Shown: piece by piece, positions 53,253-63,064 of the stretch
How positions within the stretch are numbered: the stretch's first letter is position 1
Layout of the letters: every line of letters begins with the position of its first letter
From: an uncultured Desulfurococcaceae archaeon
GTDB taxonomy: Archaea; Thermoproteota; Thermoprotei_A; Sulfolobales; NBVN01
DNA length: 64,000 nt
Assembly: GCA_964641155.1 (NCBI GenBank)
Contig: CAZXJO010000006.1
Location: 38,393-102,392, forward strand
Direction of reading: 5' to 3'
The notes under the pieces: generated by a model
What the model was told of the DNA's origin: nothing
Seen by the model: the letters and a program-made list of their open reading frames with translations, nothing else
Database searches by the model: none
Made by a program: the position numbers and the translations under genes

Positions 53253-53546
53253 GTGGATAATAATTTACCTGAACTCGTTGTTGATGCTTTAAGGAAGGTT
53301 GAGGTACCGGGCTTCGATGTGGATGTGGTATCGAGCGGTGTCGTAAGGGGATTCAGACTCTCTGAAGACTGTAGGAAAGTCATGGTGTACGTGGACTTCT
53401 CCAGCTCCGACCCTGGGTGCCTCTTCTGCAAGTTTATAAATCACACGCTGTGGAACTCAATTATTAATAGAATTAAGGAGGCCCTCAGGGGGATAGGTAT
53501 GGAGGAAGTTTTAGTGCTTGACATACGTAGGGGGCAGGAATTATGA
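53253..53546 (+). CDS. Small DUF59-like protein
   Basis: 97-aa ORF. VEVPGFDVDVVSSGVVRGFRL is reminiscent of the DUF59/Mrp N-terminal domain. Weak call. Confidence 0.35.
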   Translation: MDNNLPELVVDALRKVEVPGFDVDVVSSGVVRGFRLSEDCRKVMVYVDFSSSDPGCLFCKFINHTLWNSIINRIKEALRGIGMEEVLVLDIRRGQEL

Positions 53547-53561
53547 GCACCATCACTTAAG

Positions 53562-55043
53562 TTAACTATACAACTTACTGATAACTTCCTCAAATTCTTT
53601 GAAGAGTTTTCTGTACCTAACTACCTCCTCATATGTCGGTACGGTTCTTTCAGCACTCCCCAACATCTTCTGACATAATTCCCTAATCTTCCCGCTATCA
53701 GCATACTTCAACGACCTCAGGGATAGGAAGAGGTTGCCTAAATGTGAGACGTCCTCCAATCCACTATACACTACTTCCTTCTCGAACACATTTACGAGGA
53801 GGTTCCTGACGAATGAATACCTCGTTAACTTACCGCCGACCCTTACCTCATCGACCGCGACACCGTTCTCCTCCAACGACTTGTACAGTAGCGCGAGGAG
53901 CATGACAACGCCCTCTATGACCGAGAGAACTATATCTATCTTCCTGGTAGTGCTTTCAAGCCCTATGATGCTAACCCTCCTTGCAGGATTCAACGGGAGC
54001 CTCTCGGAATATAGTAGGGGGACTGTCAGCAAGGTCTGGGAGACCTTAGAAGCACCCTCCAGGCTGTCAAATATCTTAGAATACGAGGTCGTATCATCGG
54101 GCTTTACGTCGTAGAGCAATCTAATGATGTGATCTACGACAACACCGCCGTTGCTTATTGCGCCGCCGGCCAACCACTTCTTATCAATAAGGTAGTAGGT
54201 CTGAAACCTCATGAGTTTCGAAGCATCCGTGATCGGCTCAGGGATTACTGCCCTTATCATTGCGCTACTGCCAATGTTAACAACACCTAACCTGGCCTCA
54301 CCCCCCGTCAGGCCGTAAATCATGGAGGCCCCGTCATATACGCCTAAAACGACCGGGATCCTCTCCCTTATCCCTAACTCGTCCGCGAGATCTCCCCTGA
54401 TCAGTTCTGAGGTATGGCCTTCACGGATTTCGGGCAGTGAGGACTCATCTATTCCAGCTAAGTTTAAGCTCAGATCATCCCACTTCAGATCTCTGATGTT
54501 GAGCATTTGGTAAGTTCCGGAAGCTGATGAGAGGTCTGTGACGTTATTGCCTGTTAGGAAATTCATGAGGAGTGATTTAGAGTCGATGAAGTACTTGGCC
54601 CTCCTAAAAACGTGGGGTGCTCTACTCCTCAACCAAAGGAGCTTGGGCAGGGCATATACGTGGAGGTGTGGGCAGCCAGTTCTCTCATACAACTCTCTGG
54701 AGAAGGGATGTAATTCCTTCAAGGCTTCGTAAGGCCTTTCATCGAGCCAGGTGATGATGTTTGTGACGGGCTTCATCTCCTCATCCACTAGTAGCAAGCC
54801 GAAGAGGTAGGAGGTAAGCACTAAGGAGTCCACCTTAAACCCCCTACAGACCTCCTTAACCAAACGTTTAACGGTGGTTAACACTTCCCTAGGGTCGTGT
54901 TCGTACGCCAGCGGCTCCGGTGTAATTGGGGATATGCGGGAATTCAAGCTTCTTACAACTGTGAGCGTCTCACTTCCTTCATCGAAGTTTAATAACGCCA
55001 CCTTAAGATGGGTCGTACCTAGGTCAACAGATACTATGAGCAG
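53562..55043 (-). CDS. FGGY-family carbohydrate kinase
   Basis: ORF 53562..55001, plus 14 upstream in-frame codons that encode the essential phosphate-1 motif (LLIVSVDLGTTHLK). FGGY C-terminal domain motifs are GGAISNGG and RVGGKLTR. Confidence 0.8.
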   Translation of the reverse strand: MLIVSVDLGTTHLKVALLNFDEGSETLTVVRSLNSRISPITPEPLAYEHDPREVLTTVKRLVKEVCRGFKVDSLVLTSYLFGLLLVDEEMKPVTNIITWLDERPYEALKELHPFSRELYERTGCPHLHVYALPKLLWLRSRAPHVFRRAKYFIDSKSLLMNFLTGNNVTDLSSASGTYQMLNIRDLKWDDLSLNLAGIDESSLPEIREGHTSELIRGDLADELGIRERIPVVLGVYDGASMIYGLTGGEARLGVVNIGSSAMIRAVIPEPITDASKLMRFQTYYLIDKKWLAGGAISNGGVVVDHIIRLLYDVKPDDTTSYSKIFDSLEGASKVSQTLLTVPLLYSERLPLNPARRVSIIGLESTTRKIDIVLSVIEGVVMLLALLYKSLEENGVAVDEVRVGGKLTRYSFVRNLLVNVFEKEVVYSGLEDVSHLGNLFLSLRSLKYADSGKIRELCQKMLGSAERTVPTYEEVVRYRKLFKEFEEVISKLYS

Positions 55044-55054
55044 TTAACCCACCT

Positions 55055-55411
55055 TCACCCTTTGGATTTTTCCCTCTTAAGACTCTCTTCATAGTACTTC
55101 GCTAGTTCTTCATCGTTCATAACGTTGTAGGGCTCTGAAAGCATGTTCCTTAACTCAGGATTCTTCAGGAAGTAGTAAATCGAGTACGAACATATCGGCA
55201 CGACTTTAAGTCCTCTCTCCCTAGCCAGCTCCAACGCCTTATCAATAAGGAGTTTAGCCACACCCTTACCCCTATGTTGAGGGGGTGTGTAGGTCTCAAG
55301 TAAGAACATCTTATCGCCCTCAACTTTATACCCTAAAAAGGCCTTAGAGCCGTCAGGAAACTTCACATAGAATACTTGGGAGGTGTACTTTACGTTCAAG
55401 GAATCAGACAC
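55055..55411 (-). CDS. GNAT-like acetyltransferase (YjdJ-type small GNAT)
   Basis: TYTPPQHRGKGVAKLLIDKALELARERGLKVVPICSY is the acetyl-CoA-binding Q/RxxGxG/A motif region. Confidence 0.8.
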   Translation of the reverse strand: MSDSLNVKYTSQVFYVKFPDGSKAFLGYKVEGDKMFLLETYTPPQHRGKGVAKLLIDKALELARERGLKVVPICSYSIYYFLKNPELRNMLSEPYNVMNDEELAKYYEESLKREKSKG

Positions 55412-55488
55412 CCTACCACCGAGGAAGTAGTTAACTTGGAGAGTTTAAATAATAATGAACTGAAACCACGTACTGCAATGTTTAGTTA

Positions 55489-56319
55489 GTGATCCGAACC
55501 AGAAATTTATTAATTCGTTACGCATTGATCTTCGGTGATTCCCTGACTAAAGAATTAACAAGGGTGGGGGCAGACCTCTACAATCGTTTGGAAAGCACCG
55601 CTAAGCTTTTGGACGTCAGCCCTGAAGACCTCCTTGAGATATTCCTCGAGAGTCTGGACCTCATAGGGGAGGTCATAGAAAGCGAAGCCAGTAAGTTCAA
55701 GGACAGTCTAGGGTTGAGCGGGCGTGAGTTAGCAAGCTTTATAGTGGGTAGAAGCGTAGCCCTTTCCGTAGGGCTTTACGGTATGGTTCTCGTGTTAGAT
55801 AGCTTAATAGGTGCCTGGAGTAAGGGTTTCGCCTTCACGCATGGTTCAGGTAGAGTGGTTGACGAATCAGGTAATGTTAGGGGGCTGCTAATACATTTGG
55901 ACAGCACGGAGGTCTCTATAAAGAAAAGCTTGGTGGACTGCATCGAGCTGCTCGTACATGATGAAGGGGTTGCCGTAGGGTTCCACTCAAACCTCTTGCT
56001 AAGCGAACTACAAGGAGAGGAGAAAAGTAGGATTAAGGAGGCAATTGAGCGTTCGTTAGAAAGCTCAAAAGAGAGATCATCAGCATTAATCTCTAGATGT
56101 GGTGAAGGCTGTGAGGTCGATGTGGATGTTATTGATCATGAAGACGGCTTCACAGTAGGGATAACGTTCTACTTAAAGAGGTTTAACTGCATACCGCGAT
56201 TGGAAGATGTGGACCCAATACTAGCTAAACTTGTGGATGAAAGTGGACTAACCAAACACGTTGAAGATGTGAGGGGTGCTAAGGTAGCCTCCTTCCTAAG
56301 GGGTAACAGTTCCAATTGA
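55489..56319 (+). CDS. Hypothetical protein
   Basis: 276-aa ORF with no competing call and no recognised motif. Confidence 0.35.
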   Translation: MIRTRNLLIRYALIFGDSLTKELTRVGADLYNRLESTAKLLDVSPEDLLEIFLESLDLIGEVIESEASKFKDSLGLSGRELASFIVGRSVALSVGLYGMVLVLDSLIGAWSKGFAFTHGSGRVVDESGNVRGLLIHLDSTEVSIKKSLVDCIELLVHDEGVAVGFHSNLLLSELQGEEKSRIKEAIERSLESSKERSSALISRCGEGCEVDVDVIDHEDGFTVGITFYLKRFNCIPRLEDVDPILAKLVDESGLTKHVEDVRGAKVASFLRGNSSN

Positions 56320-56395
56320 GAGACGTGTCGAGGGAAGGAATCAAAGGTTTTAAGAACTTCATGATTTTATATCTCCCCCTAAATACCTTAACTCG

Positions 56396-56941
56396 GTGTG
56401 GCGTCTGATCAAGCTGTTAAAGGAGTCTACGCTTTGTAGGGGGAGGAGGGTGACGCTAATTCAGAGGGTCTACTCCTACGGTGGGGTAGAGTTCGTGAGG
56501 GATATAGTTCACTTCGGTCAGGCAGTTGCCGCCCTACCAATATTGGACGATGAGGTACTACTAATCAAGCAGTTTAGGGCCCCAGTAAACAGTTGGGTGC
56601 TTGAACTCCCGGCAGGTAAGGTTGAGGCTGGAGAAGCTTTGGAGGACGCAGTCAGGAGGGAGCTCGCTGAGGAAATCGGTTACGTCCCGCGGAAGGTTAG
56701 TAAGATGATGTCCGTGTATATGGCACCGGGTTACAGTGATGAAGTCCTTCATATATACCTCGCCACGGACTTGGAGTACGTAGGCACTAGGCCGGAGCCA
56801 GGGGAGCTGATTGAGGTGGTCAGGCTGAAGATTGATGAAGTCTTAGAAACCCTGATGAACTCTGAGGTCATCGACGTCAAGACGTTAGCAGCCGTTTCGA
56901 CATACTTGAGGCTCAAGAACGCATCGAACCGAGGTTACTGA
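56396..56941 (+). CDS. NUDIX hydrolase (ADP-ribose pyrophosphatase-like)
   Basis: Nudix box GKVEAGEALEDAVRRELAEEIGY. Confidence 0.85.
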   Translation: MWRLIKLLKESTLCRGRRVTLIQRVYSYGGVEFVRDIVHFGQAVAALPILDDEVLLIKQFRAPVNSWVLELPAGKVEAGEALEDAVRRELAEEIGYVPRKVSKMMSVYMAPGYSDEVLHIYLATDLEYVGTRPEPGELIEVVRLKIDEVLETLMNSEVIDVKTLAAVSTYLRLKNASNRGY

Positions 56942-56944
56942 CAT

Positions 56945-57301
56945 ATGAGCGATTCAGTGCGTCTCACTAAAGTGTACAGGAACAGAGATGTTTTGAGGAT
57001 TGTGGGATTAATCCCTGAAGGACATTCACATATAAGGCTTGTTTTAGAACTCAACGACCAAACGATAGTGCTTCAAGAAGCTACCGTCGCGGCAATAGTC
57101 AGAGCGTACGTAACCATCAGCACACATCCGACCAGAAGGGCTGTCGAGCTATTGAACATTAAACTCGGGAGCGGTTCCAAGAAGGTAGGTTACTCAGAAT
57201 ATCAATTAATCGAGAGTTCCAGAACCGAAGAGGAAATTCTGAGTGAGTGGGCCGAGAAATTATATGGTGAATCCACCGGCCGCAAAGACCACAACCCGTA
57301 G
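56945..57301 (+). CDS. Hypothetical protein
   Basis: 118-aa ORF starting 3 nt after the NUDIX stop. No recognised motif. Confidence 0.35.
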   Translation: MSDSVRLTKVYRNRDVLRIVGLIPEGHSHIRLVLELNDQTIVLQEATVAAIVRAYVTISTHPTRRAVELLNIKLGSGSKKVGYSEYQLIESSRTEEEILSEWAEKLYGESTGRKDHNP

Positions 57302-57334
57302 GTTAGGAATGGTTAAGTCCCCGCCCTTATCACT

Positions 57335-57985
57335 TTAAAACATCCGAAGAAGCAGGACCGTAACACTTACTGCGATATATGTGATTATAGCGACATCCAC
57401 CCACTTAACGGCAGGTTTAGAGGCGAACCATTTCAAACACTTGAACTGCTTCTGAGATATGGATTCTGCGAGCTGTGCCGATGAGGTCATTACATGAACT
57501 ACCAGGGGTATTGGTAAGTTGGTTAAGAGCTTCCTCCCCCGGAGGCCCTTCCCCCTTAAAGCTGCTAATGTCTCACCTATGCTGTAGTTCATATAATCAG
57601 CCAACTTCATTATCATAGGAATGGTTAACGTAGCTAACGCTGGAACACCTAGCTCAGCCATAACGTATGTGAGTTCTGTAGGTTTCATTAGTTGTAGGAC
57701 GCTCGTGAAGGCTAACGCGATTGTAAGTAGTCTTAGGACGACGTCAAGGGCTTCCACAGGTCCGTATAGGGCGGCTAAAACTACGTAGGGCGGTATGGTG
57801 ATCCACAAGTATAGCATAGCTAACTTACGGATTTGCTCCAGCTGCAAGGAACTTACGAGGTAGGCCACCAGAATCATTGATAGCAGGAAGCCGCTTACGA
57901 GGAAATTCACGTATAACGTAACCATAACCCATGCTATTGCTACGAAGCCAACTGCCGGGTGGATGGTTTTACCTGTGTCAGTCAA
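57335..57985 (-). CDS. ecfT: ECF transporter T component (CbiQ/EcfT family, short)
   Basis: 216 aa, about 5 TM, last gene of the ECF operon. Contains an ALRGKG-type coupling-helix motif (AALRGKGLRGR). Confidence 0.7.
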   Translation of the reverse strand: MTDTGKTIHPAVGFVAIAWVMVTLYVNFLVSGFLLSMILVAYLVSSLQLEQIRKLAMLYLWITIPPYVVLAALYGPVEALDVVLRLLTIALAFTSVLQLMKPTELTYVMAELGVPALATLTIPMIMKLADYMNYSIGETLAALRGKGLRGRKLLTNLPIPLVVHVMTSSAQLAESISQKQFKCLKWFASKPAVKWVDVAIITYIAVSVTVLLLRMF

Positions 57986-58664
57986 TCCCCCTCAGCCTCA
58001 GACCTAATTTCTTACCAATTACTACGGCGTAGGGTTCGGGGAAACCTACTAGGGATAGGTAGTTTCCGTAGAAGATGTCTTCAGTCGGTCCTTCGACAAT
58101 TACGCGGCCGTCATCCATCAAGTAGACGTGATCAGCTACTTTGAGGACGAAGTCGAGGTCGTGAGACGCTATGACGACTGGTATTTTAAGGGATTTGAGG
58201 AGGCCCTCCACCATCTTCCTCTCCTTAAGGCCGAGGCCGTTCGTAGGCTCATCAATTACTAAGGCTTCAGGACCCCACGAAACCGCTATGAGGATGGATA
58301 CCATCCTTGCCTGACCCATAGATAACTTAAAAGTGTGTTTGTTTCCTAAGCTCTTGAGGCCATAGGTCTGTAGGAATCCCTCCGCCTTCACAGAATCCTT
58401 AAATTGTTCTATAAATTCTTCAATCACCGTGGGCTTCGTAAACGTGTAGTAAGGATTTTGCCATGAACTACCCACCCTCTCCGGGACCACCACCCTACCC
58501 TTCTCCGGTTTCAGAACTTTAGCGATGATCTTAAGTATCGTAGTTTTTCCGGACCCGTTGGGGCCTATGATAGCTGTTATGCCCTCACCCGCCTTTAGGG
58601 TTATCCCCTTAATTATGTCTTTATACCACACTCCCTCAAGCAGTATTGATACCAACCAACCCAC
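57978..58664 (-). CDS. ecfA: ECF/ABC transporter ATPase
   Basis: Walker A GPNGSGKTT, signature LSMGQARM and Walker B LVIDEPT. Confidence 0.85.
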   Translation of the reverse strand: MGWLVSILLEGVWYKDIIKGITLKAGEGITAIIGPNGSGKTTILKIIAKVLKPEKGRVVVPERVGSSWQNPYYTFTKPTVIEEFIEQFKDSVKAEGFLQTYGLKSLGNKHTFKLSMGQARMVSILIAVSWGPEALVIDEPTNGLGLKERKMVEGLLKSLKIPVVIASHDLDFVLKVADHVYLMDDGRVIVEGPTEDIFYGNYLSLVGFPEPYAVVIGKKLGLRLRGID

Positions 58665-59352
58665 ACCTCATGAGCAATTCTAAAGGCCATTCAATATCGG
58701 GGTCCAGGTCTGTGACGTTATCTAGTTTCCCATCATAGCTTACTGAACCATCCTTAAGTAACACCACCCTCTCAATCCAACCGCTCAGGTAGCGGAGCTT
58801 GTGCTCGGTAATCATTACTGGGATACCCAACTTATTTAAGATCCTGAGCAGTTCGGAAGCACCCTTCGGGTCTATGTGGGCAAACGGTTCGTCTAGAAGG
58901 AGTATGTCCGGTTTGAGGGCTAACGCGCTTGCTATAGCCACCCTCTGCCGTTGCCCCATGGAGAGCTTCATGACGTTGCGGTCAAGCAGTTCGTCCAGGT
59001 CTAACGCCTCGCTAAGCCCCCTTACCTCCCTACTAACCTCTGAGGGAGTAAGCCCTTGGCTGGCTAGGACGTAGGTTAGTTCATCTCTCGCCGTAGGCAT
59101 GAGTATGTAAAGGTCGAAGTTCTGAGGGACGTATGCGACCCTGCCAGCTACGTTAACCTCACCGACGATCACACCGCCGTAAACCTTAACCGCTAAGCCC
59201 GAAATAACTCTAAGGAGTGTTGTCTTACCACTCCCGGTACTTCCTGTTACTACCACCCTTTCCTTATCAATAACTAAGCTCACGTTGTTAAGCGTCCACA
59301 CATCTGACGTCGGGTACTTATAGTAAAGATTTCTAATCTCTATAAGCGCCAA
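58636..59352 (-). CDS. ecfA: ECF/ABC transporter ATPase (second copy)
   Basis: Walker A GSTGSGKTT, signature LSMGQRQRV and Walker B LLLDEPF. Confidence 0.85.
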   Translation of the reverse strand: MALIEIRNLYYKYPTSDVWTLNNVSLVIDKERVVVTGSTGSGKTTLLRVISGLAVKVYGGVIVGEVNVAGRVAYVPQNFDLYILMPTARDELTYVLASQGLTPSEVSREVRGLSEALDLDELLDRNVMKLSMGQRQRVAIASALALKPDILLLDEPFAHIDPKGASELLRILNKLGIPVMITEHKLRYLSGWIERVVLLKDGSVSYDGKLDNVTDLDPDIEWPLELLMRCGLVGINTA

Positions 59353-59852
59353 ACATGGTCAACCTTCTTCATCAGTTCGTCAACTAGTTGCCTTTCCCGA
59401 AGACTTAGCCCGCACTCATCATGTAGCGAGCTCCCGTAGTAACTATTCGCTATGAAGAGCACTGCCTTCTCAGCAGCATCAACAACTAGGCTTAGGTCAC
59501 CGGCGTGGAGATAGATCGATAAGTCGTTTATTACCAGTATTGGTGTCGGTTCGCTTAAGAACTCCTTAATAGCTTTTTCAGTGATTTCCCTATTCTCCTT
59601 AGCCAACTCCCAAACATCATTGCAGTCCTTACCCATAAGCCTAGGGGCCTTCAACCCTTCAGGCCTAATTATCCTCACATCACTACTTACCCTCATCCTA
59701 CTGCCCACACCACCGAAATCAGGGGCGAAGTCCAAAACAGTTATTTTTTCTTTCCCGCAGACCTGAGCTAAGGCATCAACGAGTCTGCAGGTCAGAGTTG
59801 TCTTACCCCTCCGCACGTCACCGACAATTAACAGTTTAAAGGATTTTGGCAC
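59340..59852 (-). CDS. Uncharacterised small P-loop NTPase embedded in the ECF operon
   Basis: Walker A VGDVRRGKTT and a Walker B-like PILVINDLS. 170 aa. Overlaps both neighbours (13 and 17 nt). Confidence 0.5.
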   Translation of the reverse strand: MPKSFKLLIVGDVRRGKTTLTCRLVDALAQVCGKEKITVLDFAPDFGGVGSRMRVSSDVRIIRPEGLKAPRLMGKDCNDVWELAKENREITEKAIKEFLSEPTPILVINDLSIYLHAGDLSLVVDAAEKAVLFIANSYYGSSLHDECGLSLRERQLVDELMKKVDHVWRL

Positions 59853-60348
59853 GTTTAAGCACCTTTAAAGCCGCAAAGCCTATTACCGTTCCAATCAGGG
59901 AACTAGCCAGCCAACCCACCCACATTGTGGTTAGCGCTACTGCCCACCTCTCGTAGTGGCCCATGAAAGGTGTGAACAAGTAGAAAGCTATTAAGAAACC
60001 TATGACTGACGTCCCAATTGGTTCAGCAAGTGCGGCATATTCTACGGGGACCTTACCTTTCTTTAATAAAAGAGCTGTCAGACCAACTAGTAATGCCCCA
60101 GGGATACTTCCAGGAAAGGCGTATATTGTTCCCAAGCCCAACATGTTCCTTATCAAGCTTATTATGAACGCCGTCCCAACACCCCACCAAGGACCTAATA
60201 GAACTCCGCATATAGCGTTAGTCATATGTTGCCATGGCAATGCCCTGGTAGGGCCTACTGGGATAAATATCGGTGAGAGCGCTACAGTCAGGCCTGAGAA
60301 CATCATAGCTAGAGCCAACTTCCTCTCAAACCCCCAGTTCAACATCAT
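59836..60348 (-). CDS. thiW: ECF transporter S component, ThiW-like
   Basis: 170 aa, about 5-6 TM. PWQHMTNAICGVLLGPWWG...FIISLIRNMLGLGTIYAFPGSIPGALLVG matches my recollection of ThiW (QH..N....LLGPW...RN.LG.GT..AFPGS..GALL.G). Confidence 0.6.
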   Translation of the reverse strand: MMLNWGFERKLALAMMFSGLTVALSPIFIPVGPTRALPWQHMTNAICGVLLGPWWGVGTAFIISLIRNMLGLGTIYAFPGSIPGALLVGLTALLLKKGKVPVEYAALAEPIGTSVIGFLIAFYLFTPFMGHYERWAVALTTMWVGWLASSLIGTVIGFAALKVLKRAKIL

Positions 60349-60629
60349 GACCGACCCGTGCGTAGATTAACATATGGATTAATAAGCTTAAGATAACTCG
60401 GTTATACAGTGAACGTAGACGCCAGCGAGTCGTGGAATGGATGTGGGCTGAAACAGAACCACTTCCTTAAGGAAGCGATGGAGCTGATGGTTGATGGACG
60501 ACCTACGCACATTACTTATCTGTGCTTGATGGAGATTCTTTTAAGAGAAAAAGTGCTTAAAATTCAAGCAATTTACGACTTCAGTAGTGGAGTTTATTAA
60601 CTAATCTCCCAGGTGATTCAGGGATTGCT

Positions 60630-61400
60630 ATGGCTAAGTGGTTGCACGAGATGAGCTGGTTAGATGTAAGTGAATATCTGAAGGTTGATGACAGGGTTAT
60701 CATACCGGTGGGCAGTGTTGAGCAGCACGGGAAATTCGCACCCTTAGGTACCGATACCTTAATAGCTATATCGTTGGCTGAAGATGCTAGCGAAAGAACT
60801 GGAGTCATGGCCGCACCCCCTCTATGGTTTGGGTGGAGCCCACACCACATGGCCGCACCAGGCACCATAAACATACGCCCCGAGGTCTTAGTGGAAGTCC
60901 TCTACGATGTCATAGCCTCTTTAAGCGAACACGGGTTCAGGCGGTTCCTCATAATAAATGGCCATAGAATAGTTAACGTACCCTGGATGCAGATCGCGGT
61001 TGAAAGGGCTAAGAGAATCCTCAAAGTGAAGGCAGTGATCTTCGACCCAGCTTATGCTAGTAAGGAAATCGCGGATAAGTTAGGTTTCGGACCGGTGGGA
61101 CATGCTGAGGAGATAGAGATCTCCCACATGCTGTATAAGTACCCCAGGCTGATAAGGCCTGAGTTGATGAAAGATTTCAGACCGGCTGAAAGGCACTTAT
61201 ATCATGTAGACCCTAGGGACCCTAGGGACACTCTGTGCTACGTCCCTTCGACCAAGGAAGAAATGAGCAAGCTGGCTGAGGTCAGTGGTGATTACATAAC
61301 CGGCAGTCCGTCGAAGGCGTCCGCGGAGAAAGGCAAGGACTATCATGAACATTTAATAGCCAGGCTTGTTGAGGTACTTGAGCAGTTGAAGGTGATGTGA
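60630..61400 (+). CDS. Creatininase-family amidohydrolase
   Basis: IIPVGSVEQHGKFAPLGTD...INGH...GHAEEIE are creatininase-fold metal ligand motifs. Confidence 0.85.
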   Translation: MAKWLHEMSWLDVSEYLKVDDRVIIPVGSVEQHGKFAPLGTDTLIAISLAEDASERTGVMAAPPLWFGWSPHHMAAPGTINIRPEVLVEVLYDVIASLSEHGFRRFLIINGHRIVNVPWMQIAVERAKRILKVKAVIFDPAYASKEIADKLGFGPVGHAEEIEISHMLYKYPRLIRPELMKDFRPAERHLYHVDPRDPRDTLCYVPSTKEEMSKLAEVSGDYITGSPSKASAEKGKDYHEHLIARLVEVLEQLKVM

Positions 61401-61403
61401 GCC

Positions 61404-61622
61404 GTGAACCCGGTTGAGAAGGTATTAGTGGTGGTTGTGATTGCTGCGATACTGCTTTCAAATCCCCCAATACTTAACTATGTTAACGACTACTGTAAGA
61501 CCGCATTACTGACCTTCGGTGTGCCTACGCTATGGCTTTACCTAACTACCATATGGAGCGTGGTTATACTGATGTTCATCATCACGGCCGTAACGGTTAA
61601 AGAAGGAGTTGAAGGTGAGTGA
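61404..61622 (+). CDS. Small membrane protein (DUF3311-like partner of the SSS transporter)
   Basis: 72 aa, two TM. Overlaps the start of the downstream sodium:solute symporter by 4 nt. Confidence 0.5.
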   Translation: MNPVEKVLVVVVIAAILLSNPPILNYVNDYCKTALLTFGVPTLWLYLTTIWSVVILMFIITAVTVKEGVEGE

Positions 61623-63064
61623 GCATGGTGCAGGAACCGGTCTTAGGTGTAGCAATCCTGCTTAGTTGGTTGGTAGTGCTGGTGGCCGTATCAGTCCTAA
61701 GTTCTAGATATAGGAAGCTTAGCGTTGCGGACTTCGCAACCACAGGAGGTACGTTAGGTATTGTCACACTGCTCTTCACTTACAGCGCCACATACCACAG
61801 CGCATATGCCTTCATGGGCACCACAGGAGCCATCTACGTGCACGGCATCGCGTGGTGGGATAACGTCCACTGGGTGGTACTACCCCCAATACTCATGTGG
61901 TTCATAGGTAGGAAGGTTTGGAGGCTGTCAAGGGAGCATGGGTTGATATCGTACGGCGACTACCTCAGATACACTTATTCGGGGGGAGGTGTGTACACCC
62001 ACGGCATAAACTTAGTCGCAAGTGTGGCAGGCTTCGTCTACGTCCTACTGTACACAGCTATACAAGGGTTGGGTGTGGCGTATCTGTTTGAGATTGCTTC
62101 AAGGGGGTACATATCAGCTGACATGGGCTTAGCGGTGTTCGTCTTACTGAACGCCATCATAGTGTTTGTGGGTGGGGCACGTGGTGTTGCATGGACAGAT
62201 ACCGTACAAGGTATCTTCATGTTCGTGGCGTACATTGCGGCATCTATTTACATCCCCACAGTGGCGTTAGGAGGGGTGTTCCAGGCATATAGTAGGGCGG
62301 CTCAGGAAATACCTCAGTGGCTTTACTTACCGGGCCCCGCCGGACTCTACACACCACAGTATTGGGTGTCACTGTGGCTTACGGTAACGTTGGGTATGGT
62401 TGTGATGCCGCATATATGGCTGAGGTACTATATGGCGAGGTCATTACGTGTTCTGAAGTGGGCCTCAGTATTCAGCGCAATTTACATGACTTACATATAC
62501 ACCTTCACCCCCGCCTTGGGGCTTACTGCCAAACTCCTTTACCCTAAATACCCGGTCCCAGATAGGCTGGTCCCCGAAATGTTGCTCACATACGCACCCT
62601 TCGCCTTTGCGGCGACGGTAATGGCTGGGGCGTTAGCAGCAGCATTAAGTACGTCGGACTCGCAACTCCACTCAGTGACTAACATATTAGTGGTTGACCT
62701 CTACAAACCATACGTAAAACCTGATGCCGATGACAAGCACCTATATAACGTCGCTAAAGCGGCTTCTATATTGCTAGGAGGTATGGTGGCTTTAATAAGC
62801 TACACGAGGCCTGGCATATTCCTAAACATACTTTCAATGGCGACTGCGGGGACGGCGGCCCTATTCCCGATATTCGTAACGCCTCTAATCTGGCGTAGAG
62901 TGACCCCAGTTGCGGGATTCGTAAGCGCGTTAGTGAGTGAGGTTGTCGTAGCGCTGACAACATTCGTAGTGAGAGATCCTTTAGGCATAGCCTCAGGACT
63001 GTGGGGCTTAATGGTATCAACAACCCTTCTAATACTAATAACACTTCTCACCAAGAAGTCTTAA
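61619..63064 (+). CDS. Sodium:solute symporter (SSS) family transporter
   Basis: 481 aa, about 13 TM. GGARGVAWTDTVQG is the SSS signature region. Confidence 0.85.
   Translation: MSMVQEPVLGVAILLSWLVVLVAVSVLSSRYRKLSVADFATTGGTLGIVTLLFTYSATYHSAYAFMGTTGAIYVHGIAWWDNVHWVVLPPILMWFIGRKVWRLSREHGLISYGDYLRYTYSGGGVYTHGINLVASVAGFVYVLLYTAIQGLGVAYLFEIASRGYISADMGLAVFVLLNAIIVFVGGARGVAWTDTVQGIFMFVAYIAASIYIPTVALGGVFQAYSRAAQEIPQWLYLPGPAGLYTPQYWVSLWLTVTLGMVVMPHIWLRYYMARSLRVLKWASVFSAIYMTYIYTFTPALGLTAKLLYPKYPVPDRLVPEMLLTYAPFAFAATVMAGALAAALSTSDSQLHSVTNILVVDLYKPYVKPDADDKHLYNVAKAASILLGGMVALISYTRPGIFLNILSMATAGTAALFPIFVTPLIWRRVTPVAGFVSALVSEVVVALTTFVVRDPLGIASGLWGLMVSTTLLILITLLTKKS

Noticed and set aside
60349-60629. TPP riboswitch upstream of the thiW-like operon, and the 63-aa ORF at 60409..60600
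   Set aside because: No CUGAGA / ACCUGAUCUGGAUAAUGCCAGCG core occurs on the thiW strand. Only a GCCAGCG fragment is present, on the opposite strand. The 63-aa ORF has no supporting features and lies in a divergent promoter region.
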